DNA of 63,681 nucleotides, counting the filler, from Collodictyon triciliatum (lineage: Eukaryota), in NCBI GenBank assembly GCA_043381765.1. It is 11 parts of 11 records of this genome, joined end to end, with 100 filler letters (N's around TTAATTAATTAA, not from the genome) between each part and the next. Parts side by side here need not be neighbours in the genome. Positions count along the whole stretch, not along the records: positions 25,447 to 30,931 come from JBHJMP010005156.1; positions 31,032 to 36,512 come from JBHJMP010005157.1; positions 36,613 to 46,945 come from JBHJMP010005158.1; 8 more parts are not named here. One strand, given 5' to 3'. Positions 25,585 to 37,012 of this stretch are shown piece by piece (position 1 is the first letter of the stretch; every line of letters begins with the position of its first letter). The notes beneath the pieces are model-generated. The model did not search any database. It worked only from the letters and a program-made list of their open reading frames with translations, and was not told the origin of the DNA. The translations under genes were made by a program, and so were the position numbers.

Positions 25585-25663
25585 AAGAAACAAGAAAGAA
25601 AATTTGTGACAACACAAAAACAGAGAAACAACGATATCAAGCCTGTTGAATTATACTCACCTC

Positions 25664-28600
25664 ATGGGCCTTATTAGCGACGAGCGTTTGGGGCTTCTAC
25701 GTTCTTCGGAAGAATACGTCCGACTTGTCCCCCCTCTACATGGGACATCTGGGCTCCGATTTGACAAAGATGACTCAGAAGGCTATCGACCTATCGTTTC
25801 ATGTATCATCCTTATTATAAAACTCCCATTCCCACTCTTGATCTGCTTATACTTTTCATTTTTTTTTTAAAAAAAAAATAGAGGCTAGTATACATAAAAC
25901 AGTTTGGGCAAAAAAAAACCATAACCACTAACCAAATATTTTGTAATTTCAATGATGCACCAGTCGTCTTCACAGTCAATTTTCTCGGTAACTTCATTCT
26001 CGACATTTGGCTATGCATTTCTCAGCAAAAGTCACTACATCACTCATATTTATAAACTTACTCGTATATTCACTAAAAACAAACCAATACAACTGAATCT
26101 AAAAGTTGGAGCTGGAGTGCTCGGTCTTCCATACGCTTTCTCTAAAGCTGGCATCCTAGCTTCTGTCTTATTTTTGCTTTTCATTATGATCATTGGATGT
26201 ATTACAATGTCTTGGATGGTTGAGGTATTTTTTCTTCATGCTTTTTAAAATGAAAAATTGAAAGATTTTATTCTTCTTCCCTTCAAGTCTCCTTAGGCCC
26301 ATACCATACCATACCACACCACAATACTAGACCAATGCGAAATCTACCTAACGAAATAGTATAATAATAACAATACTAATTATTTTTTTTCTGTCTTGAT
26401 TATCAATACAGATTAAATAAATAATGAATATTACCCAACCGAAAGAGAAAAACTAATTTTGATATTGAGAGCTCATCGCTAACCTATATATAAACAGGTT
26501 CAAGGAAGGTTGACAGGGTTGATTGAAAACAGAGGAGATCTTCAGGTTCTATCTGAATATTTGTAGACTTATAAAAGAAAATTTTTCTTTGACAAGCGTA
26601 CAGTTTAACTTTTGAACAAAATATGGATTTGAATTTTTTTCTCCATAAAAAATAGTCACCTCCATCCTGGGAAATTAAAAACTACAAATTTGAGGTATCT
26701 GAAATTGTAGAGTATTTTCTTGGAATCGTAGGAAAGCGAATTTACATCGCAGCTTTATTCCTCTTCACTGAAGGAGCCCTGTATGTGAATGGAAAATACC
26801 AAATTACTTATAGTCATCGATTGCATTGTAATTTCCAACAAAAAAGAAATACACTTTGTATTTTGGAAATTACTCAATTTGGTTAATCCATACGCAGATG
26901 GGTTTATACAGTTGTTTTTTCAGCATCTATGATTACTCAACTTGGATTTCCGGGGATTACCGATGGTTATGATTGGTGCAATATCTATTAAAGAACGATA
27001 TATAATGATAAATGTTTCTTTGTTTTCAACTCCTTTTTTTTTTATTTTTTAAACAACTAATCAATACTCTCCAACAATATTCAGTGATCTTTACGATGAA
27101 GACTCTGATTTTAGCTCTGATGCAGATAAAGATTCCGATGGGTATTCGTTACATTCATAATGTAAAAGACATTCTCAGTTGTACATTTTTTTAGTATAGT
27201 TTTTTTTTGCCTTTGTATTCCATAGATTCCAAAGCTGCCAAAATGGGTACTATATTTACGTTATCATCTACGGTTGCTTGATGTGTTTCATGGCTTTACG
27301 TGACTTAAAAGCCCAGGTTAATTTTGAATTTTTTTTTATGCGAATGTATGATAATGATTTCTTTTATCCTGAATTGCGAATGTTGGAACAATATTACATT
27401 AAATCCTCAAAATCGGTCAAACATTCTCTATAACAGGTGGGAGTTCAGATGACCTTGACTGGGCTAGCATTATCGAGCATGCTTGTCATGATATTTACTA
27501 TTGTAGGGGCAATAGGAAATGGCCCATATCCTTTAGAAGAAGGGTCTGCAACAAATAAAGTAAATTTTCAGTGTGCAAAGATTTTCAAAACTTAATTGCT
27601 ATAATACATAAATACATATCTTGCAAGTGATCGTCTTTTCTACTTGTATCCTCATGACTATGTCATCTTACTTTTATTCAATATAGGTAATATCTAAGGC
27701 AAGTGAAATAAACTCCACTGACAACTTGGGCGAATACGACCTTTTGAATATTGGTGGAATCGGATATATATTTTCAGCAGCTGTTTTTTCCATGCTTGCC
27801 CACCATGGAGCTCCCGGCGTCACGAGATTGTGTGCTGATAAGAAAAAGGCAATTTTATATCTGTATGAAACTTTTTATGTATGGACCACTTTCTCAATTG
27901 AATTACATTTTTTTCTATTTAGGTTCGAACAGTCTTTATTTCAGCTATGTTTACGACGGTCATGTTCTATGTGTCATTGAGCGTCGTCTGTGCCTTGTAT
28001 TTTGGAAAAGATGGAGTAAGGCAATAAAGGAAACCATTTCGGACGTTTATTTGTAAAGATATTATTTCCAAGATAATTTTATCATTATTATTGCTTAAAA
28101 ATAACTTGAAAACAACCTTATGATATTTATCAAGATTAAGGAGGTGATCACACTCAATTGGAAAGACTACAAGGAATTTTCAGGAACAGGGTAAAATATA
28201 CAAACCACAGTCATATACTCACATTTATCTACATACACACCAAATTGTGTCGTTTACATACACACTGGTATAATCAATTCAGGACGGGATTTTCTTCTTT
28301 CATCTCTTACATCGTTGTGCTATTCCCTTGCTTGACAGTCTCATGTGCTTTCCCTCTTTACGGTATTTTTCCTTTGAGGTGCAATATCGAGTTTAAAAAA
28401 AAATGTCTTAAGGTATGGTTATTTATGTGATAAATATTAATTAATATGAGACACATTAATGCAATAATAGTGGTAACATTGTCCAACAATGTTGCGTCAG
28501 ATATACCATATAGACTAAAAAATTACTTTAGTGATGAAGGTTTGCATGGTTCTTCACCTCAATATATTAATAAAGTTAGATGTATATTTCTCTCTACTTT

Positions 28601-29289
28601 TCTTTTCATTCCAAACCTAATTGAGGCATTTGTTGTGCGCATTCTATAATTGCAAAATTCGGTCGCTTTATATTCATATAATGTATCAGTTTTCACTGCG
28701 GTCCTGCGTATTTGCATCGCCCTCATTCCCTTGCTCGGAGGTATGTTCCAGAGAGACCCCGCCATCTGTAAGATTCATTTAATATCTTATTTTTAAATTT
28801 ATACCTCAAGATTATCAATCCTTTTTTTTTTTTGATTATCAAGATGTTGCTAATTACAATAACATTCACGACTATAATCCGAAGTGGTCAATTTCACTGG
28901 GATATTTGGGTTCATGCTCATGTTTTTCTTCCCTGCTCTGCTCCAATATCATTCGAAAAAATCGGTTGCAAAATACATAGGCGGGGTAAATCAGCCCATA
29001 ATATAAGACAATAACCACACCCCATTTTTTTTCTTGATAGAAACACCTGATTGCACATTCATTTTTTGAATCTGCGTCCTAGTGCACTACATATAACAAA
29101 AGGGCAAAGTATCCAATAACACTACCCCTAATTCTATTTTCTGCATGGGATATTTATGAAAAGGAGTATCTCGTCACCCCTTATTCGTGGCATTTCAGTC
29201 ACGACTACTATGTGTACGGTATTTCTATCCTGGCATTCTTTGGATTCATCGTAACGATTGTTCTGACCATCAAAGGTAATCTCATCTGA
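25664..29289 (+). CDS. Amino-acid transporter family (Aa_trans), TMEM104-like; apparently complete multi-exon gene
   Basis: Spliced translation gives FTVNFLVGAGVLGLPYAFSKAG, KFEVSEIVEYFLG, AAVFSMLAHHGAPG, ITLNW, IVVLFPCLTVSCAFPLYVVTLSNN, FTGIFGFMLMFFFPALLQYHS and TPYSWHFSH, ending at TGA 29287-29289. Confidence 0.88.
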
Positions 29290-30832
29290 TTTTCTTGACG
29301 ATGAAGACGCACATGGGCATGGAAGAGGACGACTTACCCACCATGTTGATAAGCTTCCATATATGTACGTGTATGCTCATCATAAATCTGGATTATGGAA
29401 CACTAGACCTCTGAAGGAATCAACAGGAATGGTGGCATCCGCAAGCCTTGAGGAGAAAGAAGAAACCGATTCAACCATCAACAAAACAAACAAAAGGACA
29501 AAAGAGATAAAAATAAGCCATAATGAGATTTAAGTCTGAGAGAAATGAATATTTTCGTATCATCTGTCTGTTTGTCAATAATCATTCTTTAAGATAGTTT
29601 CGGATTCCAATATTAGTATATCTGATAGAAACGAAAAGCATTTTTGTGCCATTCGCAGCGCTATCGCCACATATGTAAAAAAAAAAAAAAAAAGCACCTA
29701 GAAGTGGGCGTTAGCACTAACCGTGCAGATTAGTTTGTTCAATATTTTGAATTTCCAAATCTAAATTATCAGTATGGTTTTATAATTTATAATGCCTTTG
29801 ATAATTTTTTTCCCCATTCATTTTGTGCGAGGGTTGTTGGCCACTCCACTGGTAACAATAACATCATTTTGGTTGATTCTTGGCGCCATTCTTGAACCCG
29901 ATGTGTGTTCAAAGTTTGAGATAACTGTGGGCTTGTTTCATAGAGGTTGACCATGTGGCAGTCGTGTGAATTATGTCTCACCGCTTCGCAGCTGAGAGCT
30001 TCGAGCAAAAAGCGTTCTCTGTTTGAGTGAGAATGAGAGCACCATGAACAAATCTGGAGTGAAAAGAGAAAGAGGAAAACACAACCAAATATGGAATTTA
30101 TGGTTATGTCTCAATATAATACATGAACCGAAGACTAATAGAATTAGTCAAAAAAATATTCTGCATTATACCATACTATAATATTGCAATTTTTCAGGAG
30201 TTGAAATTGGCATACTTTTTTCAATTTTCCAAGATGGGCTGGAAGGTCGGTTGCGAGCATATTCATTGAATAACCAGCGATTTACCTATATTAAGGTCTA
30301 ACTCGCGCGAATTCAAGACGGATTCAATCCGCATTTAGATTCGCTACAGGGAAATTTCTGACGAAACCCTTTCTCACCCAAAAATTAGTATAGAAAATCA
30401 CTGTCCCGAGTATTCTTAAAAAAAAAAGGTTGAGGAACTGCTGCTTGGTTATTTCGATCTTTGCTATCGGATCGGGCGAGTACAAATTTGGAAGAAGCTT
30501 TGGCGAGAATAACACATAAGTAGATTTATTTGCATTTTCTGTATAATTATACATAACTGGAATATTTTCTTGGCTCAACGCCCACTTGGCCACAGCAGCA
30601 AACCCAATGCAAACGCAACACTCAAAGTTCTGACTGTTTCGCCCATCCAATTCATTTCTCGTTATCAAACTCGAATGGACACCCACCATCACGCGGTCGC
30701 CTGCGAACCATAATACTCAACGTTGCCTCGACTGGGGCAGAGATGGGCTCGATCCGAGCACCAGGACGGGCAACAAACTTGCTTCGGTCGACTTGTGCGC
30801 AGTCTGACCGTTCCATTTGATCGTGTACGAAC

Positions 30833-30931
30833 AAGAAAAGAAAAGAAAGAAAAGAAAGAAAAGAAAGAAAAGAAAGAAAAGAAAGAAAAGAAAGAAAAGA
30901 AAGAAAAGAAAGAAAAGAAAGAAAAGAAAGA
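30833..30931. repeat. (AAAGAAAAG)n microsatellite
   Basis: Direct reading. Confidence 0.95.
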
Positions 30932-31031
30932 NNNNNNNNNNNNNNNNNNNNNNNNNNNNNNNNNNNNNNNNNNNNTTAATTAATTAANNNNNNNNNNNNN
31001 NNNNNNNNNNNNNNNNNNNNNNNNNNNNNNN

Positions 31032-31479
31032 TATTTGGGCCTCTGCAACAGCTGCGTCCAGATGCAAAAACATTCTGGGCAGTGACGCGAGGCCATTTGC
31101 TATGGACTATGTGGATAGCGCGCATATACTCACGCAGAGCAAGACTCAACAACCAGACACCCATTCCTGATAACAGACTGGATGGCATCATACAAATCTC
31201 TTTACTCAACAGCTTCATTCGCTACCTGCACTTTCTCTACTACTCCGACCCTGTGAGAAGAGACATGTGGAAAGAAGCTGAGAAAGATATTCAACCTCGC
31301 CTTGTATCTCTCATGCAGGCACAAGACCCAGGCTACAGGCCAAGGCGCAGGATGCAATTACTGATTACCGACTACTCCGCCACCCCAAAACCCAATTAGC
31401 GTCCATGGAAAAAATAGCTAGCGAATCGAAGCTTATATCTTCACCATCCTGCACAAAATCGAAAGGAAGAATAAAAAAA
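31032..31479 (+). mobile_element. L1/Tx1-like LINE, 3' portion (ORF2 C-terminus + 3' UTR + A-tail), cut by contig start
   Basis: Encodes GHLLWTMWIARIY (W.iW..R motif after zf-RVT), is collinear with ~62663-63110 (-) and ends GAAGAATAAAAAAA. Confidence 0.85.
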
Positions 31480-33819
31480 TCACATGATATCTCACATTTA
31501 AATGGTGATTAATAAAAAATTAAAAATCTTCATTTATATTATGAAGCCTAGTTTTTTTAGTAGCCACGATTCGTGTTTCAATATTCAAATAATGGCGAGA
31601 GCTGAGCATTACAAATCTATTCAATCAAGCAGAGCTGAATATTCGCCCTTAATTTTGGGTTATTCTTCGAGATTTATGACAAAATTAAAAAAATTAGTGA
31701 ATCAAGTATAACTCAAATACTTGTCGAGGTAAGAAAAATTTTAAATAAAAATTTGGATGTAAATTGATGAAGAGTTATACAAAGAATTTGAGGATTAACT
31801 CACTATGTGTAATAGAATATTTTGTCTGCAAGCAATCTATAAGATTTCATTTCATCATAATTTTGATTTTTTATCGAGTGTTTATATAACATATTTAATT
31901 TCATATATTGAAGCTATACTTGACAGATTTTACCGCGAGATTCGCTAAAATTCGATGAAAAATACAAATGAATAAAAAATGACGGAAAATTAGTAAAAAA
32001 GTGTTAAGTACTTATCAAAAGAGCGCCAAAAGTAACGGCGCATAAGTGTACCTCTTAGCAGGGTTGCTATTTGTATAGACAGATAATTAAGACATTTGCT
32101 AAGTTTAATTTATTTATGTAGCTATTAGCATTTTTATGTGCCCACCTAAATCGACTGTGCTTTTAATATATATATATATGAGCCATTATATTTATGAAAA
32201 TTAAGATTATGTAAATAAGTATATATATATAACATATAAAATTCTATTTTTAATACTCAAATATATAATCCAGAGATTTTGCACGGGTCTTTAACTTTGA
32301 TGGACTCACAAGAGTCAGGAAGAAACAGAACATGACTTCGTCGAGCACACAAAGTGAACCAACCAATTCCTTCATAGAGGAGGATATTCTGAGACAGCAA
32401 CAAAAATCTTTCCAATATCAAAAAATTTTATTTATTCGACACATAATAGCGATTAATTAAACAATTGAGCAACTTATTGAGTGTCCCTAAATAACAAAAC
32501 AAGGGGTTAAAAAGTTAACTTTTATTGAGAAAAAACAGTGGTTTGAAAATGAACAATGTTATCCAGAGAGGCCGTAGTTACAAAATCATCATTTGTTAAA
32601 ATAAAATATCTCGAGAAAAATGCACCTGAATGTTGACTCAATTATAATTTTTTCCATATTAATGAATATTTAAATAAAAGGAGAGAACATAGAATTCAAC
32701 AGGGTTTTACAAGCCGTCAAAAATGAATGACATGGGTGCAAAGGATTGGGCAGAACGAAAGCCATGTAGTATGGTAATATAGATTATAATTACACCATCC
32801 AGGGAAGATGGAACACATTTAAAATAAGAAAAATTTAAAAATGCGTTCCAAAACTTTGAATCGAATAAAGGAAAAGATGAATTCATTCAAATAATCCAAT
32901 AATTTTCCAGGGCGATTCTGTTAGTTACAACAGTGGTAATATTCCCGGCGTGCCACTGACTGCAACTTGTAAATCGGTCATGGAGTTGGATGATAGAGAT
33001 GCATCATCTGCTGAGGGAACATCGAACAATCTCTTTGTACCCACGATTTACTACAAGGTAACTCCTTTAGGTTTAAGACCGTACTTTATACCATCAATCG
33101 CTAGGATAGTGAGTGCGAGGCCTTTAGCAACTCAGGAAGAGCACTGCAGAAATGAGACTTGTCCAAATTTTGAACTTCCAAACCAGCCCGAAATTCCTTC
33201 GTTAACTGGAGATAAAGAGGAAACGAATATCTCACAAAGACACATAACCCCAATTCCTCGAGAGACATTAGAATTTTCGAACAAATTTACAAAATTGGAC
33301 GAAGAAAAATATGGCATAAGTGAAAATTGTGATAATCCGGCAGAACCGAAGGAGTTTATAGAGTCCCGTACCTCAAGGTTCTGTTTTAAAAAACATCATA
33401 AAATTTATAAAATGTTTTTGTGTTATCATAACATTAACTTGTAAAATTTAAGAGATTAATAGATTAAAATTCCAGTGTCCAAAAAATTTACTGTCTGATT
33501 ATCTAGGTCAGCTACATATTCCGATGTGCTAAATAAAGCCCCTGTTTCCAGAAAAGCTGCTTCCATAAATTCAAACGTAGAAATTCCTAGTGACCAGTTT
33601 GGACGTCCTTACCAGGAACATAATCACTCTGTCAAAGTTATTATTCTGCAAATATCATAATTAATTTTGGCAAATATTTTAAAATGAGTCCAATATAAAT
33701 TAATTGAATGCATTCGAAAATTGATGTCCAAAAATTCACAGAATTTGACTCTTTATCTTAGGTTGAAGTAAGTATAAGCAATATAATTAATCCAAGGACT
33801 TCAAGCATCAGCTGTTCAT

Positions 33820-36187
33820 ATTCAGAAAAGGAGTTGGAAGAAATTAAAACTGCTGCACCTAATGAAGATGAGATGAATATAAAGGAAAATGAAGAATTCG
33901 AGGAGGTTGCAAAAGAGAGAGACATGGTTCCATTTTTTGCACTTTTCCAATTTGCAGACAGATGGGACAGGTTTTACATGGTTACTTTTATATTTTTGTA
34001 ATTTTGATTTTGTATTACATAAATATTAAAATGCCACAACGATTATTAAGTTATTCAAATAATTACTGTACATATAGTATGTTCGTTGTGTGCCGCCGCC
34101 AATGGAGCAGTGTTGCCTATATTTTCTTTAGTTTTTGGAGAACTGATAAATAGTTTGAGCTCTTCACAGGATGAAGTATTGAAAAAGGTAAAAAAGGAAA
34201 AATTGATAAGGTCCGGGTCTTCAGAAATGACAAATTGAATATTTTGGTAGCCACCATATCTTTTATTATTTTGTAACTCAATAATGAAATCAATTTGAAT
34301 AAAATTATAGGTGGAAGAAGTTTCCTCCATATTTTTCATAGTCGGCATATTCGCTTAAATATTTGCGCACGCTGAAGTTTCATTTTGGATGATGACAGGA
34401 GAAAGGCAGTCAATCAGATATAGGTTCTGATGGGTTAATTTTAATTTTATGCACAATCTGAATATATATTAAACTATATCTTTTGTTCAATTATGAGCTT
34501 TCCGATAAAAATAGGGAGGAATATTTCAAAGCGTTGATGCGCCAGGACATCTGTTGGTTTGAAAGCCATAATACAGGTGAGATAACATCAGAACTATCAA
34601 GGTAATTCAATTTTATATAGAGTTTTAAATAACATATATAAAAGAAAACTAATTATAAGCTGAATCGAATCAGTCATATGAACAAAATACGAGAGGCTTT
34701 GGGTGAGAAAGTTGGAAACACAATTCATCATTTTTTTACCTTCATATTCGGATTCGCTGTTGGATTTATTCAATAATTTATTTTAAAAGAGTAGACAATT
34801 TCTTATGTTTTAATCAATTCAATTTTACTCCATTTTGTCAATTTATATATTTATTTCGAGTTGGGAGCCATCTCTTGCAGTCGTTTCAATAGTTCCACTT
34901 CTTGCTCTTTGTGGAGGAATATGGACGAAAGTTTTACAAGATATTGCCACAAAGTCACAAGCTGCATATGCCGAGGTAGAATAGGAATAAAAGAATAAAT
35001 TCTTTATATTTTTTTCCCATTGAATATATACACTGACTATTAATATTCGGACTAAGGCGGGAGGAATGGCAGATGAAGTTATATCATGCATTCGCACAGT
35101 CACTAGGCTCGTCGGAAAAAGGAAAGAGACATAAAATGAGACAGTTAAACTAGAATAGACCCAATATATTGGAACAAAAAGGATTATACGTAAGAATAAG
35201 TCTCGGATTGGCCATCTTAATTTTATATGGCTCATATTGCCTCCCATTTTGGTATGCATGATTGAATAAATTTAATTCTGAATAAAAGTTTTAATTTGTC
35301 GCAATTAAAATGAAATCGTTTTATGTCGTAGAGTGATTGATATTATTACACACAGGTATGGAGCTAAGTTGATAATTAATCGAGAGAGAAGCTCCAGAAC
35401 AGGAAAGCCAATGACAGGCATTATTTTTTTTTAAGGATTTTGAGAAATTATTATTTCAACACTCTGAAACTTTTACAAATAAGAAATATTTTAATTCATC
35501 GCATATACATCACTGATGCCTTTTGATTGACTCATTTCATCAAGGTGGCGATGAAGTGAAAGTTTTATAGACATATTAATGGTGCAATCGCCATATGTCA
35601 AGCGACACCCAATATTTTAAATATCGAGTGGCAAGGTTGCAGCCGAAACGATTCAGGCTCTAATTGACTGAGTTCAAAGCATAGATTCTTCATTGTCATC
35701 TGGATTGAAGTTTAACCCAGTAAATAGTTCTTATACACATAAAAATCTTAATATAAATTAATGAAAATTTAGATATGTAGCTCATAATAGAGCTATTTAG
35801 TTAATAAGAGCCCCACCAAAGATGGAAATATTGGTCTGCAAAGTGTGAAATTCCGCTACCCATCGAGACCACAGATGGCAATTTTTGAAAAACTAGACGT
35901 AGAAATATCTTTAGGACAAAAAATTGGCATCGTTGGCAGCACAGGAAGCGGAAAGAGCAGTATTATAATTTAACATATTAAAATTACACTTAATATTGTC
36001 ATATTTGTAATATGAATTTCATCCATTTTGAAATTAGGACCCCAACTTATTCAATTTTTCTTCCTTTTTATTCATATGAAAAAATTGGCATAGATTTCTC
36101 ATTGAGAGATTTTATGACCCCGAATCCGGATCAATATCGATAGATAGCATTGACATTAAGAATTGTGACATCAAATGACTGAGAAAA
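33820..36187 (+). pseudogene. ABCB1/MDR-like ABC transporter pseudogene (TMD1 + start of NBD1); possible upstream exons from ~32320
   Basis: VPFFALFQFAD, AAANGAVLPIFSLVFGELIN, FWMMTGERQSIRI, YFKALMRQDICWF, LGEKVG, AYAEAGGMADEVISCIRTV, VKFRYPSRP, IGIVGSTGSGKSS (Walker A), LIERFYDPESGSISID. In-frame stops (FA*IF, ID*VQ, IK*LR), frameshifts and abrupt truncation. Confidence 0.9.
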
Positions 36188-36632
36188 TTCCTGCACCTGA
36201 TGGAAAACACAAGCCGTGACCCGTCGAAGACTTCACAAGTTGCAGCCAGTTCTTCTGGTTCCAACTCTGGTGCGAAAAACCCCGAGTTGCTCGTAAGTCT
36301 AGGAATACCCGTGCAAGAAAGCCGCTGCAAGTCTGTCTGATCGGACAGCTATTTTTTGTTTGGGGTCGAGCAAGTCGCTTACAAAACAAGAACAAGGCCC
36401 GCAGATTCACATGTGCGCTCGCCTCCTTCTTGAAAGCGAACAAACTTTGGGAAGAGTCCATCCAATTGCGCTTACCGGACAGCGAAGGCCTTTGCCTGAT
36501 CGCCTTCCGCACNNNNNNNNNNNNNNNNNNNNNNNNNNNNNNNNNNNNNNNNNNNNTTAATTAATTAANNNNNNNNNNNNNNNNNNNNNNNNNNNNNNNN
36601 NNNNNNNNNNNNAAAAAAAAAAAAAAAAAATG

Positions 36633-36774
36633 CACACACCTTTCTTTAAAAATCAGGCTGTCGGGTCTTTCCTGGAAGCCTTCACCACTACACAATCTTT
36701 GTGAAAAAAGTAGTGAGACCTTGGATACTAGCGCACCAGGTTTACCAGTCGAAAGAGTGGTATACCTTTTCTAG
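36633..36774 (+). ncRNA. Second copy of the Fanzor right end / candidate omegaRNA scaffold; no Fanzor ORF visible (upstream is an A-tract and the contig edge)
   Basis: 117/130 ungapped identity to 55460-55331 (-), then a shared TTCTAG end. Retains hairpins AGGCTGTCGGG-TCTTT-CCTGGAAGCCT and TACCAGTC-GAAA-GAGTGGTA. RNA function is inferred. Confidence 0.7.
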
Positions 36775-37012
36775 CCTGTGAAGTAAGTTCGAATAAAGGA
36801 GAAAAAAAAACCTGTAACGTAAATGAATTTGCTGCAAGCACGAGTGAATCACGAGATAAGAAACAAATAAAGCATGACCACGCAATAACAGAGGATGAAA
36901 AGAAATAGGGGTTCTCTTTCTTTCTTTCTTTTTTTCCAAGAAAACAGTAGAGTTAAAACAGTCACTCACGATCCTTTCTAACTTTGAAAACCCCCAACCC
37001 CAAAGCACCCCG

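Noticed and set aside
29780-30830. Short ORFs downstream of the transporter gene
   Set aside because: No consistent spliced frame or recognisable motif could be built.
36513-36774. Functional linkage of the omegaRNA-like copy to the upstream ABC pseudogene or insertion
   Set aside because: They are separated by an artificial linker and lie on different contigs.
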